Source: Candidatus Methylomirabilales bacterium
GTDB taxonomy: Bacteria; Methylomirabilota; Methylomirabilia; Methylomirabilales; CSP1-5
Assembly (NCBI GenBank): GCA_046758405.1
Contig: JBHIAD010000001.1
Location: forward strand, 1-36,864
Direction: 5' to 3'
Length of the DNA: 36,864 nucleotides
This document shows, in pieces, positions 7,576-15,662 of the stretch (the first letter of the stretch is position 1; every line of letters starts with the position of its first letter). The notes under the pieces are model-generated. The model was not told the origin of the DNA. It did no database searches and worked only from the letters and a program-made list of their open reading frames with translations. Position numbers and translations under genes: made by a program.

Positions 7576-9102
7576 TCAGCCTTCACTCACCTGGTACTTC
7601 TGGATGGTCCACCCCTCCTCTACCTGGAGGGTGATCTCACTCCCGTACTGCTGCTGCAGCGCCCTCAGCGCCTCTCCCTCTTCCGCCTGGAGCCAGGCCA
7701 TCACCTCCGAGTGTCCCCGGATCTTTAACCACGGGGGCTTCCGCCGGAACATCCGCCACTCCGCCTCGCGCAGGATCTGATGAGCGATGGAGGGAGTGGC
7801 CCACACGAACCCCGTGCCGCCACAGTGGGCACAGGCGACGCTCAAGGACTTGATCAAACCCTGCTTCACCCGCTTGCGGGTCATCTCGACGAGGCCCAGC
7901 TCCGACAACAGAGCGACATTGGTGGGAGACCGATCCGATTTCAGGCACTCCTTCAGTTCCTGGAGGACCTTATCCCGGTGCTCCTGCCGGGCCATGTCGA
8001 TGAAATCGATGATAATGATCCCGCCCAGGTCACGGAGCCTTACCTGCCGCGCGATCTCTCGCGCCGCTTCCAGGTTCGTCTTGAAGACGGTCTCCTCGAA
8101 GTCGTGCTTCCCGACGTACCGCCCCGTATTCACGTCGATCGAGACCAAGGCCTCGGTCTCCTCGATGACCACGTAGCCCCCTGACTTGAGCCAAACCTTG
8201 GGCCGAAGGGCCCTCTCGATTTCCCGTTCCACGCCAAAGGACCGAAAGATCGGCTCATCTTCGGCATAGAGGAAGAGCTGAGACCGAAGGTCCGGGAAGA
8301 GTGACTCCGTGAACTCGAGGCAACGCTCGTACTCCGCTGGACTATCGACAACGAGGCGGATGACCTGCCGGGTGAAGAGGTCTCGGAAGAGCCTGAGGAC
8401 GACATCCAGGTCCTTCTGAACTAGAGCAGGAGCAGTCAGCGCCTCGGCGCGTGCTCTGATCTTGCGCCAGAGGGAGCGCAGAAACTCCAGGTCGACCCGG
8501 AGGTCCTCCGCCTTCGTCCCCATTCCCGCGGTTCGGACAATAACCCCTTCGGTTCCATCCGTCGCACCCTGGACGATGTGCCGCAGGCGCTGCCGTTCAG
8601 CCTCGTTCTCGATCTTCCGGGAGATGCCGATGTGCTGCACGGTCGGCATGTAGACCAGGTAGCGCCCGGGCAGGGTGATGTGAGAGGTGATGCGGGCGCC
8701 CTTGCTGCCGAGCGGTTCCCGGGCGACCTGTACCAGCACCTCCTGACCCTCCTGGAGGAGGTCCTCGATCGAGGCCTGGGGACGGCGGGGCGGGGCGGGC
8801 GACGGGCGCATCTCCACAGCCGGGGCGTCCTCGCCGTTTCCATCCTCCGACTGGATCCGCTCGTACTCCTCCAGGTCTTCGTAAATGTCCCGGACGTAGA
8901 GGAAGGCATCCTTGGCCAGCCCGATATCCACGAAGGCCGCCTGCATCCCTGGAAGAATCTTGAGGACGCGGCCTTTGTAGATGTTCCCGGCGACCCCCTG
9001 GTTCTTGGAATCGCCGATCATCAGCTCGGCCAGGTGCCCATCCTCCAAGACGGCCACTCTGGTCTCCACCAGCGACGCGCTAACGATGATTTCCCGCTTC
9101 AT
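7576..9102 (-). CDS. rng: Rne/Rng family ribonuclease (RNase G-like)
   Basis: N-terminal S1 domain (GNIYKGRVLKILPGMQAAFVDIG), the DNase I-like core (GGIIIIDFIDM) and a CAHCGGTG zinc-link. I used the start at MKREIIV (9102). The track's 31 extra N-terminal residues look non-coding. Confidence 0.85.
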   Translation of the reverse strand: MKREIIVSASLVETRVAVLEDGHLAELMIGDSKNQGVAGNIYKGRVLKILPGMQAAFVDIGLAKDAFLYVRDIYEDLEEYERIQSEDGNGEDAPAVEMRPSPAPPRRPQASIEDLLQEGQEVLVQVAREPLGSKGARITSHITLPGRYLVYMPTVQHIGISRKIENEAERQRLRHIVQGATDGTEGVIVRTAGMGTKAEDLRVDLEFLRSLWRKIRARAEALTAPALVQKDLDVVLRLFRDLFTRQVIRLVVDSPAEYERCLEFTESLFPDLRSQLFLYAEDEPIFRSFGVEREIERALRPKVWLKSGGYVVIEETEALVSIDVNTGRYVGKHDFEETVFKTNLEAAREIARQVRLRDLGGIIIIDFIDMARQEHRDKVLQELKECLKSDRSPTNVALLSELGLVEMTRKRVKQGLIKSLSVACAHCGGTGFVWATPSIAHQILREAEWRMFRRKPPWLKIRGHSEVMAWLQAEEGEALRALQQQYGSEITLQVEEGWTIQKYQVSEG

Positions 9103-9409
9103 GGTCTCCGATCGGCAAAGATTGCCCTTCCGCAGGCTGCCGGTCACACGGCTCGCCTTTCCCCTCCAATGCTGGACCGGCCGCGCCCCCGACATCCCTG
9201 GACACGGAAAGCCCTCTCACGGACCCGATTTTCACGGTGTTCATAAATTAGCCTACTCCATCCCTCCGGCGAAGTAAAGGCGGGGCAGCGTCATCCTCCA
9301 TTCCTTTCCTACTCTTCCTAGGCCCCCCAGGGAATCCCGGGTACAATGGCGCCAAGGCCGCGGTGCGAGAGGCCATCCGGGCGGACCGACCATCCAATGA
9401 CTGACCTGA

Positions 9410-9438
9410 TTGACATCCATAAGAACCTGTTATAAAGT
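9410..9438 (+). promoter_or_regulatory. Sigma-70-type promoter candidate for the ABC transporter operon
   Basis: TTGACA (9410-9415), a 17-nt spacer, then TAAAGT (9433-9438), with an overlapping TATAAA at 9431-9436. Lies about 30 nt upstream of the AGGAGG RBS and ATG 9469. Confidence 0.45.
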
Positions 9439-9468
9439 GTCTGCGCTTCCCGCCCCCCAGGAGGTCCC

Positions 9469-10197
9469 ATGATCGAATTCCACAAGGTCAATAAGTGGTT
9501 CGGGCCGCTCCATGTCCTCAAGGATATCACCGTCTCGATCCGGTCCGGGGAGGTCGTGGTGGTCTGCGGACCGAGCGGGTCAGGGAAGAGCACCCTGATC
9601 CGCTGCATCAATAAGCTCGAGCCGATCCAGGAGGGAGAGATCGTCGTCGACGGGATCTCCCTCACCGACCCCCGGACGGACATGACGAAGCTCAGGGCTG
9701 AAGTCGGCATGGTCTTCCAGCAGTTCAACCTCTACCCGCACATGACTGCCCTCGAGAACATTACCCTGGCCCCGGCCAAGGTCCGGAAGATGTCACCAGC
9801 GAAGGCCGAGGAGATCGCCCGCGACCTGCTCATGAAGGTGGGGATCCCAGAGAAGACCGACGCCTATCCCGCGCAACTCTCAGGCGGACAGCAGCAACGG
9901 GTGGCGATCGCACGGGCGCTCGCCATGCAGCCCAAGATCATGCTCTTTGATGAGCCCACCTCCGCCCTCGATCCGGAGATGATCAACGAGGTCCTCGACG
10001 TCATGGTGAACCTGGCGAAAGAGGGGATGACCATGATCGTCGTCACCCACGAGATGGGCTTCGCCAAGAAGGTGTCCCACCGCATCATCTTCATGGACGA
10101 AGGCTGCATCATTGAAGAGGAGGCGCCTGAGAACTTCTTCAGGCAGCCCCGGGAAGAGCGGACGCGCGCATTCCTCAGCAAGATCCTGGTCCACTAA
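9469..10197 (+). CDS. Polar amino-acid ABC transporter ATP-binding protein (GlnQ/HisP-like)
   Basis: 242 aa. Walker [10 protein letters not shown], the [15 protein letters not shown] signature and Walker [12 protein letters not shown]. Confidence 0.9.
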   Translation: MIEFHKVNKWFGPLHVLKDITVSIRSGEVVVVCGPSGSGKSTLIRCINKLEPIQEGEIVVDGISLTDPRTDMTKLRAEVGMVFQQFNLYPHMTALENITLAPAKVRKMSPAKAEEIARDLLMKVGIPEKTDAYPAQLSGGQQQRVAIARALAMQPKIMLFDEPTSALDPEMINEVLDVMVNLAKEGMTMIVVTHEMGFAKKVSHRIIFMDEGCIIEEEAPENFFRQPREERTRAFLSKILVH

Positions 10198-10221
10198 CCC
10201 TTCATCTCAGGAGGGAGAGCC

Positions 10222-11091
10222 GTGAGGCACAAACGTATTGTCGGTTTGGTCACGAGTCTCGGAATCTTCGGTGCCATGCTAGCGGGCATCCCGTCCGCCA
10301 GCGCCGAGAGCCGGCTGGACAAGATCCGGCGGACTGGGGTCCTGACGGCCGGGACCCGGACGGCCTCGATCCCGTTTGCGTACATCGATAAGGATAACCA
10401 ATGGAAGGGGTTCTCGATCAACCTGCTCGAGGCCATCCAGGCGCGCCTTGAGGCAAAGCTCGGCAAGTCTATCAAGTTGGACAAAAAGGAGGTAACCCCA
10501 AAGACCCGGATCGCGATGGTGGCGAACCGCACCATCGACATCGAGTGCGGGTCCACCACGTTCAATCGGCGCCGGGACGAGACGGTGGACTTCTCCAGCA
10601 ACTTCTTCTTCACCGGGTCCCAGCTCCTGGTGAAAAAGGGAAGCGGCATCAGGAGTACGAATGACCTCATGGGCAAGCGGGCAGGCGCCACCCAGGGGAC
10701 GACCAATGAGAAGGCCCTGCGCCGGGTCCAGCCCAAGGCGATCATCGTCCCCTTCCAGGACCACGCCGCCGGTTTCCTCGCGCTGAAGCAGGGGAAGATC
10801 GAAGCCTACGTGACGGATGGGATCCTGCTCGCGGGCTTGGCGGCGAAGTCGGAAAACCCCCTCGATTACGAAGTGGTGGGCCCCCTCTTCAGCAAGGATC
10901 CCTACTCGTGCATTGTCCCCCAGAATGACTCCAAGTGGCGGGACTTCGTGAATCACACCCTCTGGGAACTCCTCGATAGCGGCAAGTTCTTCACCCTCTA
11001 CGACAGGTGGTTCGGCCCCCAGGGGGTCGTTCCGTATCCGATGAGCCCGGAAGTCAAGATCTATCTCACGATGCAGTCAATGCCCCAGTAA
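10222..11091 (+). CDS. Amino-acid ABC transporter substrate-binding protein (family 3 SBP)
   Basis: 289 aa. Signal peptide (LGIFGAMLAGIPSASA), then a PBP2-like sequence (IPFAYIDKDNQWKGFSINLL). GTG start after AGGAGGGAG. Confidence 0.85.
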   Translation: MRHKRIVGLVTSLGIFGAMLAGIPSASAESRLDKIRRTGVLTAGTRTASIPFAYIDKDNQWKGFSINLLEAIQARLEAKLGKSIKLDKKEVTPKTRIAMVANRTIDIECGSTTFNRRRDETVDFSSNFFFTGSQLLVKKGSGIRSTNDLMGKRAGATQGTTNEKALRRVQPKAIIVPFQDHAAGFLALKQGKIEAYVTDGILLAGLAAKSENPLDYEVVGPLFSKDPYSCIVPQNDSKWRDFVNHTLWELLDSGKFFTLYDRWFGPQGVVPYPMSPEVKIYLTMQSMPQ

Positions 11092-11099
11092 GGGGCGCC

Positions 11100-11873
11100 A
11101 TGCCCCTTTTTCTCCTCGGTCTCCAGTACGAGTTTAGGTGGAGTGTCCTCTGGGAGGACCCCTTTGGCTACTGGATCCTCCAGGGGATCAAGAACACCAT
11201 CCTGCTCTCCCTCCTCGCCTGGGTCATCGCCCTGATCCTCGGCATCGCCCTCGGGATCTTGCGGACGGCCCCGTGGCGCATCCCTCGCCTCATCGCCACG
11301 GCCTATGTGGAGTTCTTCCGGAACACCCCGCTCCTCGTCCAGCTCTTCTTCTGGTACTTCGCCCTCCCCCAGGTCCTTCCAGCCGGCCCGATTCGCGATG
11401 CCGTCAACACCCTGCAGGTCGAAACGCCCATCTTGAACATCACGTACGAGTTCGTGGCCTCGCTCTTGGGCCTTGGCATCTACACGGCGGCGCGGGTGGG
11501 GGAGACGATCCGCGCGGGCATCGAGGCCATCCCCAAGCAGCAGACCGAGGCGGGCCTGTCTACAGGACTCTCCTGGCTCCAGGTCTACCGCCACATCCTG
11601 ATCCCGGTTGGCTTCCGCATCGTGATTCCCCCCATCACCACCGAGTTCTTGACGATCTTCAAGAACTCCTCCCTCGCCATTACCATCGGCTTTGCCGAGG
11701 TCACCTTCATGACGCAGCAGGTGGATTCCTACACCTTCCACGGGCTGGAAGCGGTCACCGCCGCGACCTTCATTTACCTCGCCATCTCCCTGACCATCGC
11801 CGCAAGCATGAGCCAGGTCGAGAAGAAATACGCGATCCCCGGCTTGATCGCGCGCGGAGGGGGAGATCGCTGA
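11100..11873 (+). CDS. Amino-acid ABC transporter permease (His/Glu/Gln/Arg/opine family)
   Basis: Multi-TM protein with the EAA-type loop (AARVGETIRAGIEAIPKQQTEAG). I used the start at MPLFLLG (11100), since the upstream part of the track ORF overlaps the SBP gene. Confidence 0.85.
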   Translation: MPLFLLGLQYEFRWSVLWEDPFGYWILQGIKNTILLSLLAWVIALILGIALGILRTAPWRIPRLIATAYVEFFRNTPLLVQLFFWYFALPQVLPAGPIRDAVNTLQVETPILNITYEFVASLLGLGIYTAARVGETIRAGIEAIPKQQTEAGLSTGLSWLQVYRHILIPVGFRIVIPPITTEFLTIFKNSSLAITIGFAEVTFMTQQVDSYTFHGLEAVTAATFIYLAISLTIAASMSQVEKKYAIPGLIARGGGDR

Positions 11874-12547
11874 TGGAACTGGACTTTACGATCATCATCG
11901 AGAACTGGCGGCTCCTGCTGAGCGGGTTCGGCAACACCTTGCGGCTGGCACTGGTCGCCATCGTGCTCTCGTTCGGACTGGGGGTGGTGGCCGGGGCACT
12001 TCGGCTGGCCCGACATCCGCTCCTCCATTACCCGGCCGTGCTGTACATCGAGTTCATTCGGGGTGTTCCCTTGATCATGATCATCTTCTGGTTCTACTTT
12101 GTCTCCCCGATCATTGTCGGACGACCGTTGGACAACTTCACCAGCGCGCTGATCGCCTTCATCGTCTTCGAGGGGGCCTACCTGGCCGAGATCGTCCGGG
12201 CTGGCATCCAGTCGGTTCCGGTGGGACAGATCGATGCCGCCAACTCCACGGGAATGAATCATGTCCAGACAATGCGATACGTCATCCTCCCGCAAGCCAT
12301 TCGCAACATGATCCCTGCCTTGGTCACCCGCTTCATCATCCTGTTTATGGATACCTCGTTGGCTTACATCATCGGCTATCGCGAGCTGACCCGAGCGGCA
12401 AAGATCATTGCCGAGCGGGAGTTCCGGGTCTTCGAGGTGTACACGTTCATCGCTGTCGTCTATTTCATCTGCACGTACAGCATATCCCTCGTCAGCCGCC
12501 GCCTGGAGGCCCGATCGCCCGTCAGCAGAGGGATCCCTACGGAGTAA
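11873..12547 (+). CDS. Amino-acid ABC transporter permease (second subunit)
   Basis: MELDFTIIIENWRLLLSGF... with GAYLAEIVRAGIQSVPVGQIDAANSTG. The start overlaps the previous stop (TGATG). The track's 245 upstream codons are a frame artefact. Confidence 0.85.
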   Translation: MELDFTIIIENWRLLLSGFGNTLRLALVAIVLSFGLGVVAGALRLARHPLLHYPAVLYIEFIRGVPLIMIIFWFYFVSPIIVGRPLDNFTSALIAFIVFEGAYLAEIVRAGIQSVPVGQIDAANSTGMNHVQTMRYVILPQAIRNMIPALVTRFIILFMDTSLAYIIGYRELTRAAKIIAEREFRVFEVYTFIAVVYFICTYSISLVSRRLEARSPVSRGIPTE

Positions 12548-12574
12548 GCGGAAGAAGGGTCTTGTCCTCATGGG

Positions 12575-13456
12575 GTGCCAATGATCTTCGTCCTCCGGTA
12601 CTGGATTGCATTCGCGCTGGCGTGGATTGGCCTCGTTGCACTCTCCCCGGCCGAGGCTGGACCACTCGCCTCGCGGGTCCTACTCGTCAGCATCGATGGA
12701 CTCCGGCCAGACGCCATCACCGAGGCGCACACCCCGACCCTGGCCCGGCTCGTGAAGCAGGGGGCTTCGAGCCTTACCGCACAAACGATCTTTCCGAGCC
12801 GAACGCTGCCCGCCCATACCTCGATGACCACTGGTCTCGTCCCTGCCCGTCATGGGATGGTCGAAAATAGCTGGGCCCCGGGTCAGCCTCAGGTCGGCGT
12901 CGATACGATCTTTGGAATTGTGAAACGGCAGGGACTGGTGGCGAGTATGGTAGTAGGGAAAACCAAGTTGGGATTTCTGGCCACCCCGGGAACTGTCGAC
13001 TTCTACGCCGCAACAAGGAGCAGAGCCAAGCTGGTGGCGGCACAGGCGGCGCGCTTTCTGACCGAGACCCAACCCCACCTGTGCTTCGTGCACTTCCCCG
13101 ACGCCGACTGGGCGGGACACCTACGGGGATGGATGAGCGAGGCCTACCTCGATGCGCTCGGGCGCGTAGATCGCGCGCTCATGAGGCTGCTCGACGTACT
13201 CAGGCGGGCTGGACTCGCGGCAGAGACCCTCCTCATCGTGACCAGCGACCATGGAGGGTCTGGCCATGACCACGGGTCCGCACGGCCCGAGGATATGACG
13301 ATCCCTTGGATCGCCTTTGGGTCGATGGTCCCACCCGGGTACGCCATTCCCGGCCGGGTGACCGTCACCGACACCGCCCCGACGATCCTCTTCGCCCTCG
13401 GACTCCCCGTCCCATCCCACTGGGATGGCCAGGCGATCACCGCCATCTTCCGGTAG
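12575..13456 (+). CDS. Alkaline-phosphatase superfamily protein, nucleotide pyrophosphatase/phosphodiesterase (NPP) type, secreted
   Basis: Signal peptide, LLVSIDGLRPD, FPSRTLPAHTSMTTG (nucleophile Thr context), HFPDADWAGH and SDHGGSGHDHG metal-ligand motifs. Confidence 0.75.
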   Translation: MPMIFVLRYWIAFALAWIGLVALSPAEAGPLASRVLLVSIDGLRPDAITEAHTPTLARLVKQGASSLTAQTIFPSRTLPAHTSMTTGLVPARHGMVENSWAPGQPQVGVDTIFGIVKRQGLVASMVVGKTKLGFLATPGTVDFYAATRSRAKLVAAQAARFLTETQPHLCFVHFPDADWAGHLRGWMSEAYLDALGRVDRALMRLLDVLRRAGLAAETLLIVTSDHGGSGHDHGSARPEDMTIPWIAFGSMVPPGYAIPGRVTVTDTAPTILFALGLPVPSHWDGQAITAIFR

Positions 13457-13497
13457 GGTCCTCCGGTTATCCTCTCCGGCATCGGTGAAGGAGGTGA

Positions 13498-14715
13498 TCA
13501 GGCGACGACACCCGTCCCCCGCAGGCGGGCGATGGAGGCCTGGTCAAGGCCTAGCCACTCCAGGATCTCGTCCGTGTGCTGACCGAGCGTCGGTGCCGGG
13601 CGCGAGATCACCCCGGGGGTGTTGGAGAGCTTGACGGGGATGCCGATTTGCCGGATGCCGCCGGCCACCGGGTGCTCCAACTCGACGACCATCTCGCGGG
13701 CCCGAATGTGGGGATCCTCATAGACCTGGGCCAGATTGTAGATCGGCCCAGCCGGGACCCCCGCTCGCTCCAGCCTGCTCAGCCAGGTCGCCGTGGTCTC
13801 CCGTTGAAAGATCGCTTCGAGGATCGCGGCCAGCTCCTGGTATCGCTCGGTTCGAGTGGCATTCTCGCGAAACCGCGGATCGGCGGTCAGTTCGGGCTGA
13901 CCGATTGCCTCACAGAGCTTCTCCCACGTCGGCTGATTGGCGGCCCCCAGGCTGATGGAGCCGTCCTTGGTCCGGAAGACCTGGTAGGGGGCGTTCAGTC
14001 GGTGGGCCGATCCCATCGGCTCGGGGATCTTGCCCGTCCCAAAGAAAATCGCCGATTCCCAGAAGGTGTACGCGATCGCCCCTTCGAGCAGCGAGGTATC
14101 GATCCGTTGTCCCTGCCCCGTCTTGAGCTTGTGGATGTAGGCACTCAGGATCGCGTAAGCCGCGTACATGCCCGCATTCAAGTCGGCGATCGGGACGCCG
14201 ACCTTCGTGGGAGGTCCTCCCGGATGACCGGTGATACCGATCAGGCCGCTCATTCCCTGGGCGACGAGGTCGAACCCACCTCGCAGGCGATAGGGCCCCG
14301 TCTGACCGAAGCCGGAGATCGAACAGTAGATGATCCCGACATTGACCGTGCGGATGGCTTCGTACCCAAGTCCGAGTTTTTCCATGGTCCCGGGACGAAA
14401 GTTTTCCACCAGGACATCGGCACGGCGGACGAGACGCCGGAAAAGCTCCTTCCCCGCATCGGTTTTCAAGTTCAGGACGAGGCTCCGCTTATTCCGGTTC
14501 ATGGCCAGAAAGGCTGCCGACTCCCCCGCGATGAAGGGGGGGCCCATCCGTCGAGTGTCATCCCCCCCGTCGGGGCGCTCGATCTTGATCACGTCGGCGC
14601 CCATGTCACCAAGCAGCAGGGTGCAGAAGGGCCCCGCCATGATCTGGGTGGTGTCGATGACCACCATCCCCTCGAGGGCTCGCGATGGCTGCTGCACGGT
14701 CTCCATGGGTGTCAT
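13498..14715 (-). CDS. Family III CoA-transferase (CaiB/BaiF-like)
   Basis: VVIDTTQIMAGPFCTLLLGDMGADVIKIERP, the typical N-terminus, with GGFDLVAQGMSG in mid-protein. The start is uncertain: ATG 14715 or 14706 (GGAGG upstream), or the track's GTG 14790. Confidence 0.85.
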   Translation of the reverse strand: MTPMETVQQPSRALEGMVVIDTTQIMAGPFCTLLLGDMGADVIKIERPDGGDDTRRMGPPFIAGESAAFLAMNRNKRSLVLNLKTDAGKELFRRLVRRADVLVENFRPGTMEKLGLGYEAIRTVNVGIIYCSISGFGQTGPYRLRGGFDLVAQGMSGLIGITGHPGGPPTKVGVPIADLNAGMYAAYAILSAYIHKLKTGQGQRIDTSLLEGAIAYTFWESAIFFGTGKIPEPMGSAHRLNAPYQVFRTKDGSISLGAANQPTWEKLCEAIGQPELTADPRFRENATRTERYQELAAILEAIFQRETTATWLSRLERAGVPAGPIYNLAQVYEDPHIRAREMVVELEHPVAGGIRQIGIPVKLSNTPGVISRPAPTLGQHTDEILEWLGLDQASIARLRGTGVVA

Positions 14716-14815
14716 CGCCTCCCCCCACAACCCACCCGCGGGCACGCGATTCCGCTGGAGCGAGGGGGCGGTCTCACGCGCACCCTCCACCTCGGGCGGG
14801 TCCCGGGTCCCAGGT

Positions 14816-15604
14816 TCAACGCCCCTCGAATCGGGGCTGACGCTTCTCCAGGAACGCCCGTCGCCCCTCCTGAAAGTCCGCGGTATCGTAGCAGGTAAAG
14901 GGGAGCCGCTCTTGCTCGGGGGTCAGTCCCACAAGGCCGGGATTGGTGAGCACCGTTTCGAGGATCTCCTTGTGCCGCTGATGCGCCAGCGGTGCCAGCC
15001 GGGACACCTCGACCGCCAGCTTCCAGACCGTTTCCTCAATCGCGGCCAGGGGCACCAGGCGTGAGATGAGTCCGACCCGGAGGGCCTCTTCGGCGTCCAT
15101 CAGCCGGGCCGTCAACAGAAGATCCATGGCGACCCCCGGTCCAACCAGGCGGACAAGCCGCCGCATTTCCCGATATCCAACCAGAAGCCCCAGCCTCGCG
15201 ATCGGGATCCCGAACCGGCTGTTGTCCGCCGCCACCCGGATGTCGGTCGCCGTGGCCAGCTCGCAGCCGCCACCCACGCAGAACCCGGTGATCAGCGAGA
15301 CCGTGGGCCTCGGCAGTGCCGCGATCGCCTCCAGGGCCGCTTCCACCGCCCGGGAGTACTGCCGGGCCACATCCGAGTTGTTCCGCCACCGGTCGAACTC
15401 GGCAATGTCCGCCCCGGCCGAAAAGCAGTCCTGGTTGGCTCCACGGAAGACCACCACCCGCACCGACTCATCCTTCGCACATTCCTCCATGAGCCGGGTG
15501 ATCTCTCGCCACATCTCGTAGTGGATGGCGTTTCGCTGCTCCGGGCGGTTGAACGTAACCGTCGCGACGCCGTCCCGCTGTTCGATCAACAACTCCCGGC
15601 TCAT
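14816..15604 (-). CDS. Enoyl-CoA hydratase/isomerase (crotonase) family protein
   Basis: MSRELLIEQRDGVATVTFNRPEQRNA..., FSAGADI, GFCVGGGCELA (oxyanion-hole motifs). The track's N-terminal 140 codons overlap the upstream gene and were discarded. Confidence 0.85.
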   Translation of the reverse strand: MSRELLIEQRDGVATVTFNRPEQRNAIHYEMWREITRLMEECAKDESVRVVVFRGANQDCFSAGADIAEFDRWRNNSDVARQYSRAVEAALEAIAALPRPTVSLITGFCVGGGCELATATDIRVAADNSRFGIPIARLGLLVGYREMRRLVRLVGPGVAMDLLLTARLMDAEEALRVGLISRLVPLAAIEETVWKLAVEVSRLAPLAHQRHKEILETVLTNPGLVGLTPEQERLPFTCYDTADFQEGRRAFLEKRQPRFEGR

Positions 15605-15662
15605 GGTTCCGATTCCTCCTCCTCGCGGAAGACTTGCCTTCTGGCGGTCGCCTCCTGGGACG